NCBI GenBank assembly: GCA_021414205.1
Contig: JAIOOW010000002.1
Location: 155,520 to 213,061 of the forward strand
Length of the DNA: 57,542 nt
Direction of reading: 5' to 3'
Origin: Candidatus Anderseniibacteriota bacterium
GTDB taxonomy: Bacteria; Patescibacteriota; Andersenbacteria; UBA10190
Shown: one piece after another, positions 1 through 10,026 of the stretch
How positions within the stretch are numbered: the first letter of the stretch is position 1
Layout: each line of letters opens with the position of its first letter
Made by a program: the position numbers and the translations under genes
The notes under the pieces: generated by a model
The model's database searches: none
What the model was told of the DNA's origin: nothing
What the model saw: only the letters and a program-made list of their open reading frames with translations

Positions 1-2
1 TG

Positions 3-725
3 TATCAATTACGTGGCAGAATCGGCCGGCGCTCAAGACAGGGCCATGCACTCTTTTTATATTCCCAAGAAAAATTAACAGACATGCAGCGCCAGCGATT
101 AACCGCCCTTACAGAAAGCACACGACAAGGTTCCGGCTGGGATATTGCACGACGCGACCTAGAACTTCGCGGTGCGGGCAACCTCCTTGGCGCAGAGCAG
201 AGTGGATCCGCTAGCGCAGTTGGTATGTATATGTACCTAGATATGGTTGATGATGCAGGAGAGGAGGAAGTGCAACACGCAGACATTCACACAATGCTGC
301 CCGCCTACATTCCCGCAAGCTATATCCCAGATACCGACACGCGAACGATGTGGTATATCAGATTATCTCGCGCAAAATCAAACGAACAGTTACAAAATTA
401 TATAAAAAATCTAGAAGAAGAATCTGGAGTAATTCCACAAGAAGTACAAAATCTATCACTCATGATTCAACTAGAAAAATCCGCAACAACAGTAGGCATT
501 ACCGCAATGCAAACAAAAATAATTCGGCCAAACGATGAGGATCCATATGTTCGATTATTAGTAACAGGAAAAGACCCGGTTAAAATCTTGGAAAAATTAT
601 CAAATATAAAAAACGAAAACGGCACTCCTGCCCGCTGGCAAGCTCGCGAAAGCACGCTCTCGTGGGACACCGACGCGATAACGCCGGAATTGATACAGCA
701 AATAATTTCCTCGCTTGCTGAATAA
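3..725 (+). CDS. mfd: Transcription-repair coupling factor, C-terminal part (5' end outside window)
   Basis: Frame is open from base 3: YQLRGRIGR (helicase motif VI), RDLELRGAGNLLGAEQSG (TRG motif), then a TRCF domain (LPAYIPASYIPD...YIRLS). Confidence 0.92.
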   Translation, partial: YQLRGRIGRRSRQGHALFLYSQEKLTDMQRQRLTALTESTRQGSGWDIARRDLELRGAGNLLGAEQSGSASAVGMYMYLDMVDDAGEEEVQHADIHTMLPAYIPASYIPDTDTRTMWYIRLSRAKSNEQLQNYIKNLEEESGVIPQEVQNLSLMIQLEKSATTVGITAMQTKIIRPNDEDPYVRLLVTGKDPVKILEKLSNIKNENGTPARWQARESTLSWDTDAITPELIQQIISSLAE

Positions 726-745
726 AAATATGGTTGAATAATAGC

Positions 746-1621
746 ATGGGAGACGATATCTCTGTTATCAAATTTGAAGATAAAGAATATCCAGTATTAT
801 TGCGCGAAATTCACAAGGCGCCAGAACAATTATATATACGGGGCAACAAAGAAATTTTATCTTCAGAGTTTTTGCTTGGCGTAGTTGGGAGCAGGAAAGC
901 GACGATGTATGGTCGACAAGCATGTGCAAGCTTACTCCCGCCGTGCGTACGCGCAGGCGTTACGCTTGTATCTGGAATGGCATATGGAATAGATACGTTC
1001 GCACATAGAATTTGTGTCGATCAGAACAAACCAACGGTTGCTGTGTTAGGGTCGGGAGTTGATGACAAATCACTATACCCAAGAGGCAATAAGACCATTG
1101 CACAGGAAATTTTAAAAACGGGCGGAGCAATTATCTCGGAATATGAACCGGGTACTCCTGCATATTTAGGCAACTTCCCTGCACGAAATCGCATCATTGC
1201 CGGATTGTGCAAGGCAACACTTATTATACAGGCAGCAAAACGATCCGGGTCACTTATAACGGCACGTTTGGCAATGGAAGAGAATCGCGACGTTCTCGCA
1301 ATCCCCGGGCCCATCACCGATCCTGCATGCGAAGGGACAAATATGTTAATTAGAGATGGCGCAGGCATGGTGCTTGATGCAACAGACATCCTTACTCGAT
1401 TTGAATTATCTGAAAGCGATACAGAAACGCTCACCCATGAACCAATTCGAGAGGAGTTGGAAATGATCGTATCAAAACTATCGGCCGACCCAACTCATAT
1501 AGAAGATATTGCGGTGCTGTGCAATATAACCATTCAAGACGCGTCCGCTAGCATATCCGAGCTTGAAATGATTGGCGTTGTAGAACATGTTGGCGGGATG
1601 CAGTACGTGAAGAAAATGTAA
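746..1621 (+). CDS. dprA: DNA-processing protein DprA/Smf
   Basis: YPVLLREIHKAPEQLY, VVGSRKAT, VSGMAYGID, FPARNRIIAGL, SGSLITA motifs and a C-terminal winged helix. ATG at 746 preferred over TTG at 734. Confidence 0.97.
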   Translation: MGDDISVIKFEDKEYPVLLREIHKAPEQLYIRGNKEILSSEFLLGVVGSRKATMYGRQACASLLPPCVRAGVTLVSGMAYGIDTFAHRICVDQNKPTVAVLGSGVDDKSLYPRGNKTIAQEILKTGGAIISEYEPGTPAYLGNFPARNRIIAGLCKATLIIQAAKRSGSLITARLAMEENRDVLAIPGPITDPACEGTNMLIRDGAGMVLDATDILTRFELSESDTETLTHEPIREELEMIVSKLSADPTHIEDIAVLCNITIQDASASISELEMIGVVEHVGGMQYVKKM

Positions 1622-1627
1622 ATAATT

Positions 1628-1656
1628 TTGACATTACACTCGTTTCCCTGTTTACT
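1628..1656 (+). promoter_or_regulatory. Sigma70-type promoter of topA (near-leaderless)
   Basis: TTGACA (1628-1633), 17-nt spacer, TTTACT (1651-1656); ATG follows 8 nt later. Confidence 0.7.
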
Positions 1657-1664
1657 GCCCACAT

Positions 1665-3851
1665 ATGAACTTAGTGATCGTGGAGTCGCCCGCAAAGGCG
1701 AAAACAATTCAGAAATACCTTGGGAAAGGCTTTATTGTAAAAAGCAGCTACGGCCATGTTCGCGATTTACCAAAGTCAAAAATCGGTGTTGATGTAAAAA
1801 AGAATTTCGTTCCTACATATATTATTCCGGAAAAAGCAGAGGAGCGGATTAAGGAATTAAAAAAATATGCTTCCAAGGCAGATATCATCTACTTCGCAAC
1901 TGACGAAGATCGTGAAGGAGAAGCAATTGCCTGGCATTTATATGAGGTACTTGCCCCAAAGCCAGAAAAAGCAAAGCGCATTACATTTCATGAAATCACA
2001 AAAACCGCGATCCAAAACGCGATCCAAAATCCGCGAGAACTTGATATTAACCTCGTAGATGCACAGCAAGCCCGCCGAGTATTGGATAGATTAGTCGGAT
2101 ACGAACTCTCCCCCCTTCTTTGGAATAAGGTGCGCAGAGGATTATCCGCAGGTCGCGTACAATCCGTAGCCGTTAGATTGATTGTGCAGCGAGAAGAAGA
2201 AATTAATGCGTTCAAGTCTGATGAATACTGGACACTTGAAGCATTATTAAATAAAAATGGCACTGAATTTTCGAGCTTACTTAAAGCAAAAGGTGGCAAA
2301 GCAATTCCGAAACTCGGCATCACATCAAAAGAAGAAGTACAAAATATCGAAAAAGAATTATCTGATGCGAAATATATCGTTTCCAATATCGACGTAAAGC
2401 AGCGCAAACGAACGGCGCCGGCACCCTTTACCACAAGCACATTGCAACAAGCAGCGTTCAATCAATTAGGATTCTCCAGCAAGCGCACCATGATGATCGC
2501 CCAAGGCTTGTACGAAAATGGACACATCACATACATGAGAACAGACTCGCTCAACCTTTCAACAGAAGCTACTACTGTTGCAGCTACGACTATTAAAACA
2601 TTATTTGGCGAAAACTATGCGCTTTCCGCGCCGCGCGTATTTTCAAAAAAATCCAAAGGTGCACAAGAAGCCCACGAAGCCATCCGCCCTACCGACCCAT
2701 CCAAGACTCCGGAAATGCTTTCTGCGGAATTCGAGCCAAGCCAAATCAAGCTATATCGGCTCATTTGGCAACGCATGATTGCATCTCAAATGGCAGATGC
2801 AGTGCTTAACCAAACAGCAATCGATATTACTGCAAAAGACTATACGTTTAGAGCGAATGGCATGACTGTACAGTTCGACGGATTCGTACGCGCACTTGGA
2901 GAAAAAGCAGCGCTTCAGGAATCCGTATTACCAGAACTTGCGCAAGGAGATGAATTACAACTTTCCAAACTTGCGCCGGAACAGCACTTTACCCAGCCAC
3001 CTGCTCGATATTCCGAAGCTACGCTCGTAAAGGCATTGGAAGAACATGGCATTGGCCGGCCAAGCACGTACGCACCAACTATCGACGTTATTCAGAAACG
3101 AGAATACGTAATAAAAAATGAAGAAAAGCGATTAGCGCCAACGGAAATTGGAACGCTAGTAAATAGCGTGTTAACAGAACATTTCCCGAACATTGTCGAC
3201 ATCGACTTTACAGCAAACATGGAAGCAAGCCTGGACGATGTAGCATCCGGTGATAAAAAATGGCAACCAGTCATCAAAGATTTCTATGGGCCATTCCATA
3301 AATTAATTGGCGAGAAAAATAAAGAACTTAAAAAAGAAGACCTAACACAATCAGCAACAGACGAAAAATGCCCGAAATGCGGAAGCGATATCGTCATTAA
3401 GCTTGGTCGATTCGGAAAGTTCAAAGCATGCAGCAATTACCCAGAATGCAAACATACGGAACCGATGGGTGATGAGAAAAAACTAGAAGAAGAATACTCT
3501 GGCAAAATTTGCCCAGATTGCGGAAAGCCGCTCGTTGTAAAACGAGGACGATTTGGGGCGTTCTTAGGATGTTCCGGATACCCAGATTGCAAACACATTA
3601 CGCCGATCGTTAAAGATACTGGGGTAAAATGCCCACTGTGCGGCAAGGGCAGTATCATTGAAAAGAAATCAAAACGAGGAAAAACATTCTTCGCATGCGA
3701 CCAATATCCTGAATGTAAAAACGCATATTGGAGTAAGCCAACTGGAGAAAAATGTCCGCAATGCGAAAGCCTGCTCGTCTATGGCGCAAAAAATACCATC
3801 CGCTGCAGTTCCAAGACGTGTAAGTTCAGCAAAGAGAACGAACAGGAGTAA
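1665..3851 (+). CDS. topA: DNA topoisomerase I (type IA) with C-terminal Zn ribbons
   Basis: LVIVESPAK, TDEDREGEAIAWH, SAGRVQS, ITYMRTDS (catalytic Tyr), three to four C4 Zn-ribbon repeats. Confidence 0.99.
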   Translation: MNLVIVESPAKAKTIQKYLGKGFIVKSSYGHVRDLPKSKIGVDVKKNFVPTYIIPEKAEERIKELKKYASKADIIYFATDEDREGEAIAWHLYEVLAPKPEKAKRITFHEITKTAIQNAIQNPRELDINLVDAQQARRVLDRLVGYELSPLLWNKVRRGLSAGRVQSVAVRLIVQREEEINAFKSDEYWTLEALLNKNGTEFSSLLKAKGGKAIPKLGITSKEEVQNIEKELSDAKYIVSNIDVKQRKRTAPAPFTTSTLQQAAFNQLGFSSKRTMMIAQGLYENGHITYMRTDSLNLSTEATTVAATTIKTLFGENYALSAPRVFSKKSKGAQEAHEAIRPTDPSKTPEMLSAEFEPSQIKLYRLIWQRMIASQMADAVLNQTAIDITAKDYTFRANGMTVQFDGFVRALGEKAALQESVLPELAQGDELQLSKLAPEQHFTQPPARYSEATLVKALEEHGIGRPSTYAPTIDVIQKREYVIKNEEKRLAPTEIGTLVNSVLTEHFPNIVDIDFTANMEASLDDVASGDKKWQPVIKDFYGPFHKLIGEKNKELKKEDLTQSATDEKCPKCGSDIVIKLGRFGKFKACSNYPECKHTEPMGDEKKLEEEYSGKICPDCGKPLVVKRGRFGAFLGCSGYPDCKHITPIVKDTGVKCPLCGKGSIIEKKSKRGKTFFACDQYPECKNAYWSKPTGEKCPQCESLLVYGAKNTIRCSSKTCKFSKENEQE

Positions 3852-3914
3852 AGAAAAACTCCTGCAATAAACTTTCGTTTACTACAGGAGTTATATGTTC
3901 AGTGAAAGGACAGC

Positions 3915-4613
3915 TTACTTAGGCTTGCGGACGAGCAAGAAGTGCGATGAAGCAGTATGCCAATCAGAGCCATTGTAGCAAACGATTTCAAGAACAGTTT
4001 TTACGCAATTTTGCTTTAGTGCAACAGCCTTCCTCATGCCATAGATACTTGCAACAGAGCCCAGGGCTACTACACCGTCCCAACGAGGTTCTTTTAATGC
4101 AAAATTCCGGCACTTTTTGTTTCTCGCAACGGCAAGTAGATCGTCAATAAGAGCGAATTCATATCCATTTGCATACACCCACCTTTTGAGTTGGCCGTTC
4201 GTAATACTCTGATGTTGATCAAAGTGCGCCACAACTAGCTCACGAGACCCAGAAGGGAGTGTTAGCTCGAAAAGCTCTTTAATGGCTTTGTACGAGAAAT
4301 CCTCCATTGGATCAGCATCTCGTCCCGACCATAAAAAACTCCATTTTGCAGTATCATTTACTTGCTGAGCAATCGATCGTTCTTCCCCAGGCAAATCAAC
4401 GAAACCTAGTTCCGTAATCTGCGGGTCATACGGCATGGGCAAATCAGCAGGATCCAGCCCAAGAACTGTACGAATTTCATCACGATCAAACCGTCTTGCG
4501 TTGAGAACATCAGCAAGAATCCCCGTTTCCAGGAGCTTTTGCAGCTGGTTCGACTCAACCGTCTTTGCAAGTTCCAACACTTTCGTCGCTTGAGGCAGGG
4601 TTGCAAAATTCAT
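3915..4613 (-). CDS. Hypothetical protein (ORFan)
   Basis: Long ORF; start at 4613 is preceded by an AGAAAGGA Shine-Dalgarno; no family recognised. Confidence 0.75.
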   Translation of the reverse strand: MNFATLPQATKVLELAKTVESNQLQKLLETGILADVLNARRFDRDEIRTVLGLDPADLPMPYDPQITELGFVDLPGEERSIAQQVNDTAKWSFLWSGRDADPMEDFSYKAIKELFELTLPSGSRELVVAHFDQHQSITNGQLKRWVYANGYEFALIDDLLAVARNKKCRNFALKEPRWDGVVALGSVASIYGMRKAVALKQNCVKTVLEIVCYNGSDWHTASSHFLLVRKPK

Positions 4614-4806
4614 TGCAAGTCCTTTCTTATGAGTGGGGGTATATTGGGAAAGCAACTAACAATCCTTCCATACGTCCCAGTGAAATGAACTTGAGATATT
4701 ATAGTATAATTTATATTATTTGTCAAATTCAATTGCGTAGTAGCGCAGAGTAAATGAACATATTTAGTATAAAAATGACTATATAAAGTATTTTTATCAC
4801 CTCTGC

Positions 4807-6240
4807 CTACCGAGCAATCCCATCAAACCAGCCCTGGCATTCATTAATACCTTGCGGCGTACCTGCGCACATCTGGTGACTTTGATCAGGAAGCGAACCG
4901 AATGTGCATGAGCGCTGAGGTGTTCCTTGAATATTCGCACATAATTGCTGTATTGGCCCGGCTGGCAGAGCATCTCCCGCTGTTGGATTGCCCGCTACTC
5001 CGCAAGCAGATAGGGCGCTTCCGCACTCCACCAGCTTCCAGTTAGAAATAGCGAATACCGACGGATTCGTATTTACAATCGTATCCTGCGCTGCCACGGA
5101 GTTACTTCGTGTAACAGCAGGACAAAAATTGGGCGTATTAAAATATCTCGCACATGCAGTTGCAGTATGCAGCGCATCACATTGCGCACGAGGGGTGCCA
5201 GCCTGCAAAAATGCATCAGCAGCAACAGGATCATACATTCCATCTAAAAAACACGCCCCTGTTGTTTTTGTTCCTTTCCATGCTACCTGATCATCGAGCG
5301 TTGTTTGCGCCATCGTCGTCACGGGAGCAGTTGCACCATGACTAACTCCTGAAAAGAGCAGCTGCTGGCCGTTCCATGCATTGCGAATATCCGCGGACGC
5401 GCGAATATCTTTTACAAGCGTATCCACTCGAGTAGCCTCTTGAGAATACGGCGTTGATTGCCCACCCTTATTCGTTATAAAAGTTCCTGCGCACACCGCA
5501 ACATATCCATCTTGCGCATAGGAATCTAAAATTTTCCCATATACAGTATTTGAATTGCCGTATGAATCGTCGCAGTTCATTTCTCCGCCGCTAAAAAAGA
5601 TGACCATTTTCGAACAAGCTCCTCCAGCACAAGCATTCGCGTTGTACTCGTATCTCCAATAACATGGTTCGCTCACGCCATTCATGCCGGAACATGATTG
5701 GACAGTGGTTTGACCCTGAGAAGGAGGTGGTACAGACGGAGTAATAGTAGAAATCACCGTTGATACCGTTTCCACTATGCTCGTATTACTTGTTCCATCA
5801 TGAACTTCAACTTCTTTCGTAGTATCTGCAATGCCAAGCACTGATGAAAGCGAGCGCAAACCATTCGCTAATACCCCCGAAGTATCTCGCGCACTTAGTT
5901 TTAGATATCCTTTTCCTACGTTCAACTTAGGAATAGCTACGGTCGCCTTTCCATTATTCGGTACGCTTAATGCTAAAACGATACAATCCTTTCCAGATTT
6001 ATCTGAACAAAATTCTATCTTTTCCATTGGGTACTTTGCTCTATTTTCAGGGCTGGTATCCCATGTTATGGTCGCCTTGCTTCCAATCTGCAACGTAGAC
6101 GGTCCGAGTATATGAAAACTCAAACCAGGAGCAACGCGGGTCATGATGTATTGCGAAAAAAATCCAATCAAGACAATAAGAAGCAAACCTGTAAGCACGC
6201 TGCCACCAACAACAAACAACTGATTAAACTTAGGTTTCAT
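4807..6240 (-). CDS. Membrane-anchored/secreted Cys-rich alpha/beta-hydrolase-like protein with an Ig-like N-domain
   Basis: N-terminal TM segment, beta-rich domain, S/T/P linker, then FFSGG, GVSHG (nucleophile elbow), FLDGMYD and a C-terminal His (DQSHQ). Confidence 0.65.
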   Translation of the reverse strand: MKPKFNQLFVVGGSVLTGLLLIVLIGFFSQYIMTRVAPGLSFHILGPSTLQIGSKATITWDTSPENRAKYPMEKIEFCSDKSGKDCIVLALSVPNNGKATVAIPKLNVGKGYLKLSARDTSGVLANGLRSLSSVLGIADTTKEVEVHDGTSNTSIVETVSTVISTITPSVPPPSQGQTTVQSCSGMNGVSEPCYWRYEYNANACAGGACSKMVIFFSGGEMNCDDSYGNSNTVYGKILDSYAQDGYVAVCAGTFITNKGGQSTPYSQEATRVDTLVKDIRASADIRNAWNGQQLLFSGVSHGATAPVTTMAQTTLDDQVAWKGTKTTGACFLDGMYDPVAADAFLQAGTPRAQCDALHTATACARYFNTPNFCPAVTRSNSVAAQDTIVNTNPSVFAISNWKLVECGSALSACGVAGNPTAGDALPAGPIQQLCANIQGTPQRSCTFGSLPDQSHQMCAGTPQGINECQGWFDGIAR

Positions 6241-6311
6241 GGTAATCATGAATTGCACTTAGTCTCCTGTCGCACCCAAGCCATTGCTCAGAAACAAAGG
6301 GTTGGATTTAT

Positions 6312-7655
6312 TTAGTCCTCAATCACGTCTCGATCCAAATCATTTGACGGAAGCGAACGCTGACCCAACAAGCGGCCAACAAGCTCTTCCAGCTCTTTAT
6401 CGTTTGTTGCGCGAAGCACAACTTCAAACGCTTTCTTATCTTCCTCGTATTTAATATGCGTAAGGTATCCAAATCGCTCTTCAATCATAGGCGTATACTT
6501 GAGCGAAAGCGGATGGCGATCTTTAAACCGATTGCGCGGAGTTGAAACTCCCGTCACCATTGTTCGCTGAATTCTGCGAGCGCGGAGCTCTGCTTTTCGA
6601 ACCGTAAGCCCTTCGTCGACCAAATGATGGTAGAATCGAATCTGCTTTTCCGGATCCGGAATCATTAAGATTGCCTTTGCATGTCCCATCGTAATTTTTC
6701 CTTCCACCATTCCGCGCTGAATTTCAGCAGGGAGTTGTAATACGCGGACAATATTCGTTACACCAACACGACTCTTCCCTACTCGCTGACCAATTTCTTC
6801 ATGAGTCAATCCGTAATCTTCGTTAAGCTGCTTATACGCAAGCGCTTCTTCAATCGGATTCAAGTTTTCTCGCTGAATATTTTCAACAAGAGCAAAGACT
6901 AATCGAGATTGATCAGAACTTACATCCTTTCGAATAACGCATGGGACTTTCTCCCATTTAAGAGCCTTTGCAGAACGCAAGCGTCGCTCTCCCGCAATCA
7001 ATTCAAACTTATCGTTATCTAGCCTGCGAACAACCAGCGGCTGAAGAATTCCGTTCTTTGAAATGGATTCTTGCAAATCTTTTAATTCATTTTCATCAAA
7101 CGACCTTCGTGGTTGGAGTGGATTAATCGTAATATCTGCAACGGGGATATGACGAACAGTATCTTCGTGCCGATCCCAGATACCGTCGTACTTCATTGCC
7201 TGAGCAACTAAAACTTCAGATACTTCATCATCGTCATCCTCTTCCGTCTCCTCTGGACGAGGTACTGCTGGCTCTGGCATTACCGGCTCTTCTATTCTTT
7301 CTTCAACAGCCGGCTCTTCGGTAATTTCAACCTCCTCAACCTCTACTTCAGCAGGCCCTTCTTCAATATCTTCGTCTTTTTCTTCTACTACAACCTTTGT
7401 AACAGAAACTTTTTCCGCCATTTCCTCCTCGTGCACGTGAGCATCCTCTGGATCCAAGAAAATAGGAGTTACCAGGGGTTTTTTTGGCGCAGCAATCACT
7501 TCGTCGGCATCATCCGGCTGTAAATCTCGAAAATCGCGCACAACGCCCGTTTCTTCATTCAATTCCTCCATGCTATCAATTTGCTCAAGCACATCGTCAG
7601 CCGATTGATTCTCGCGGCGTGAAATAAGTGATGCTAGTCCTCGTCCAAGTCCCAT
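6312..7655 (-). CDS. parB: ParB/Spo0J partition protein with a long acidic N-terminal insertion
   Basis: GLGRGLASLI, NPLQPRRSF, GILQPLVVR, IAGERRLR, ENIQRENLNPIEEA, HTH. Confidence 0.95.
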   Translation of the reverse strand: MGLGRGLASLISRRENQSADDVLEQIDSMEELNEETGVVRDFRDLQPDDADEVIAAPKKPLVTPIFLDPEDAHVHEEEMAEKVSVTKVVVEEKDEDIEEGPAEVEVEEVEITEEPAVEERIEEPVMPEPAVPRPEETEEDDDDEVSEVLVAQAMKYDGIWDRHEDTVRHIPVADITINPLQPRRSFDENELKDLQESISKNGILQPLVVRRLDNDKFELIAGERRLRSAKALKWEKVPCVIRKDVSSDQSRLVFALVENIQRENLNPIEEALAYKQLNEDYGLTHEEIGQRVGKSRVGVTNIVRVLQLPAEIQRGMVEGKITMGHAKAILMIPDPEKQIRFYHHLVDEGLTVRKAELRARRIQRTMVTGVSTPRNRFKDRHPLSLKYTPMIEERFGYLTHIKYEEDKKAFEVVLRATNDKELEELVGRLLGQRSLPSNDLDRDVIED

Positions 7656-7670
7656 AGGTAGTAAAATTAG

Positions 7671-8435
7671 TTAAGAATAGAGATCCAACAACTCTTCAGA
7701 CAAATATTCATACGCTCGCGCCCCCGGAGACAATCGATCATACTCCAAAATAGTCTGTCCAGTGCTTGGAGCCTCCGCAAGTTCTGTATTGCGCGGAATA
7801 ATACTTTCAAACACATGGCCCGGGAATGTTTTGCGAACTTCTCGCACCACTTTGCGAGAAAGTGCCGTCCTGCGATCAAACATTGTAAGCACAGCACCTA
7901 ATACCTGCAATCGCGGATTTAAGTGCTTTCTCACCAAATCAACAGTATTTAACAACTGATGTAATCCTTCTAATGCATAAAATTCGCATTGCACAGGTAT
8001 AAGCAGCCTATCTGCTGCCGCAAGGCCATTAATCGTCAATAACCCCAAGCTTGGTGGGCAATCAATTAAAATAAAATCGTAACTATCTTTTACAGCCTTC
8101 AACGCTCGTCGCAATCTATATTCTCGATAACTTTCGTCCATCAACTCCATTGCAGCGCCTGCCAAATCCGGAGTAGATGGGATAATATTTAATCGCTCCA
8201 AATGGGTGGGGAAAATAACTTTTTCAATAGGAACTTCCCCGGCAAGCAAATCATACAAGCTCGGAATTCCTTCGTTAACGGTAACGCCAACACCAGCCGT
8301 TGCATTCGCCTGCGGATCTAAATCTACAATTAATACGTTTTTGCCAGAATCTGCCAGATAGCTGCCAAGATTAACACTAGTGGTTGTCTTACCCACGCCA
8401 CCCTTCTGATTTACTACAGCAAGTGTTTCCGACAT
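7671..8435 (-). CDS. parA: ParA/Soj ATPase
   Basis: NQKGGVGKTTT deviant Walker A, DLDPQANAT, IDCPPSLG, QCEFYALEG. Confidence 0.97.
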   Translation of the reverse strand: MSETLAVVNQKGGVGKTTTSVNLGSYLADSGKNVLIVDLDPQANATAGVGVTVNEGIPSLYDLLAGEVPIEKVIFPTHLERLNIIPSTPDLAGAAMELMDESYREYRLRRALKAVKDSYDFILIDCPPSLGLLTINGLAAADRLLIPVQCEFYALEGLHQLLNTVDLVRKHLNPRLQVLGAVLTMFDRRTALSRKVVREVRKTFPGHVFESIIPRNTELAEAPSTGQTILEYDRLSPGARAYEYLSEELLDLYS

Positions 8436-8572
8436 ACGATACCTCAAATGGTATAGAGTTTTACACACCTACGCAATGGGCAGTTTTGCCCAGGCAGGTT
8501 TTAGCTAGGTTGCGAGCCGAATTGGCACGCCGACTGGAAAATAAATGCATCTCAATATAGAGTGTAACAACA

Positions 8573-8655
8573 GCCGTGGTGGCGGAACGGTAGACGCACA
8601 GGACTCAAAATCCTGCGAAGGCAACTTCATGAGAGTTCGATTCTCTCCCGCGGCA
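8573..8655 (+). tRNA. tRNA-Leu (anticodon CAA), CCA not encoded
   Basis: Acceptor stem GCCGTGG/CCGCGGC, anticodon stem CAGGA/TCCTG with loop CTCAAAA, long variable arm, T-arm GAGAG-TTCGATT-CTCTC. Confidence 0.97.
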
Positions 8656-8662
8656 CAACACT

Positions 8663-9199
8663 ATGACAGAAGAAGAGCGCAAAAATACCATTATTCTAGT
8701 TAATGAGCACGATGAGCAAGTAGGAACTGGCGAAAAGCTAGCGGTTCATCAACAAGGTCTCTTGCACCGGGCATTTTCCGTACTTACTTACAATCAAAAA
8801 GGCGAGATGCTGCTACAGCAGCGAGCGCTTACGAAATACCACTCAGGAGGCTTATGGACGAACGCATGCTGTGGGCATCAGCTTCTAAATGAACCAACAG
8901 ATGACGCTCCGCACAGAAGATTACAAGAAGAAATGGGATTTAATACGGCCCTTACCAAACAAACAGAATTTATCTATAACGTTCCCGTTCCACCCAATTT
9001 AATCGAACATGAATATTTACACGTCTATTCAGGAACATATGATGGCCAAGTTATTCCAAATCCAGAGGAAGCTATGGCATACAGATGGATTTCAAAAGAA
9101 GGTCTAGAGAAAGAAATTGCTGACCATCCCGAAACGTTCACTCCTTGGTTTTTAATTATTGCGAAGAAAGGATTACTGTTTCCTCATGACAACCGCTAA
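8663..9199 (+). CDS. idi: Isopentenyl-diphosphate delta-isomerase type 1 (NUDIX fold)
   Basis: HQQGLLHRAFS, LLQQRA..KYHSGGLWTNACCGH, RRLQEEMG, EHEYLHV, FTPWF. Confidence 0.95.
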   Translation: MTEEERKNTIILVNEHDEQVGTGEKLAVHQQGLLHRAFSVLTYNQKGEMLLQQRALTKYHSGGLWTNACCGHQLLNEPTDDAPHRRLQEEMGFNTALTKQTEFIYNVPVPPNLIEHEYLHVYSGTYDGQVIPNPEEAMAYRWISKEGLEKEIADHPETFTPWFLIIAKKGLLFPHDNR

Positions 9200-10007
9200 A
9201 TTTCAGAAAACGATTCTTGATTGGCATAAAGACAACAAGCGAAACTTACCGTGGCGAAATACAAAGAATCCGTATCGAATTATGGTTTCGGAAATCATGC
9301 TCCAGCAAACTCAAGTTTCTCGAGTACTACCGAAATACAAAGAATTTTTGCAAGCATTCCCAGATATCAAAACGCTTGCCGAGTGCAACGATGCAGATTT
9401 ATTAGCGATATGGTCGGGCTTGGGGTATTGGCGCCGAGCACGATTCTTAAAAGAAGCATGCAAAGCAATTATTAAAGATCATCATGGCAAATTCCCGAAA
9501 GACATCAAAACCCTGCTAACGCTTCCCGGAATCGGGCCGTATACCGCGGGCGCAATTTCCTGTTTCGCATTCGGAAACACGGAAGCATTTATTGATACAA
9601 ATATTCGCAGAGTATATTTATATTTCTTCTTCAAAGATAAAACGGATATTCATGATGCAGATATTCTAAAAATCGCCAAAAAAGCAATCCCCAACGACGA
9701 TCCCGCAAATTGGCATTGGGCATTATTTGATTACGGAGCATTAGTGTTGAAAGATAAGAAGATAAACAAGAAAAGCCGACACTACGCGAAACAAAGCACA
9801 TTTAAAGGCTCGTTTCGATCGTACCGGGCAAAGTTAATGCGCACCTTACTAGCTCAGCCAGAAAAAAGCATGCCAAAAACTGCAGCCTTAGACTTCTTAG
9901 AAGATACACTCCGAGAAGATGAGCAAGATTACTCTGCAAGCGAAATACTAAAATCTCTCGTACAAGATAACCTCGTAAAGCAAAACAGCACTCGTATTTT
10001 TCTATAA
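9186..10007 (+). CDS. mutY: A/G-specific adenine glycosylase, short form without Fe-S cysteines
   Basis: RNLPWRNT.NPYRIMVSEIMLQQTQV, WSGLGYWRRAR, LPGIGPYTAGA (HhH), DTNIRRV. Confidence 0.9.
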   Translation: MTTAKFQKTILDWHKDNKRNLPWRNTKNPYRIMVSEIMLQQTQVSRVLPKYKEFLQAFPDIKTLAECNDADLLAIWSGLGYWRRARFLKEACKAIIKDHHGKFPKDIKTLLTLPGIGPYTAGAISCFAFGNTEAFIDTNIRRVYLYFFFKDKTDIHDADILKIAKKAIPNDDPANWHWALFDYGALVLKDKKINKKSRHYAKQSTFKGSFRSYRAKLMRTLLAQPEKSMPKTAALDFLEDTLREDEQDYSASEILKSLVQDNLVKQNSTRIFL

Positions 10008-10026
10008 CTTTAGGTATACATAGTAC

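Noticed and set aside
8470-8560. Hairpin TGGGCA-gttt-TGCCCA upstream of parA as a c-di-GMP (GEMM) riboswitch
   Set aside because: It lacks the ordered GAAA-tetraloop/receptor and second-stem consensus; only one short hairpin is supportable.
8573-8655. tRNA-Leu as an integration site
   Set aside because: No duplicated tRNA 3' end or integrase was seen; idi follows immediately.
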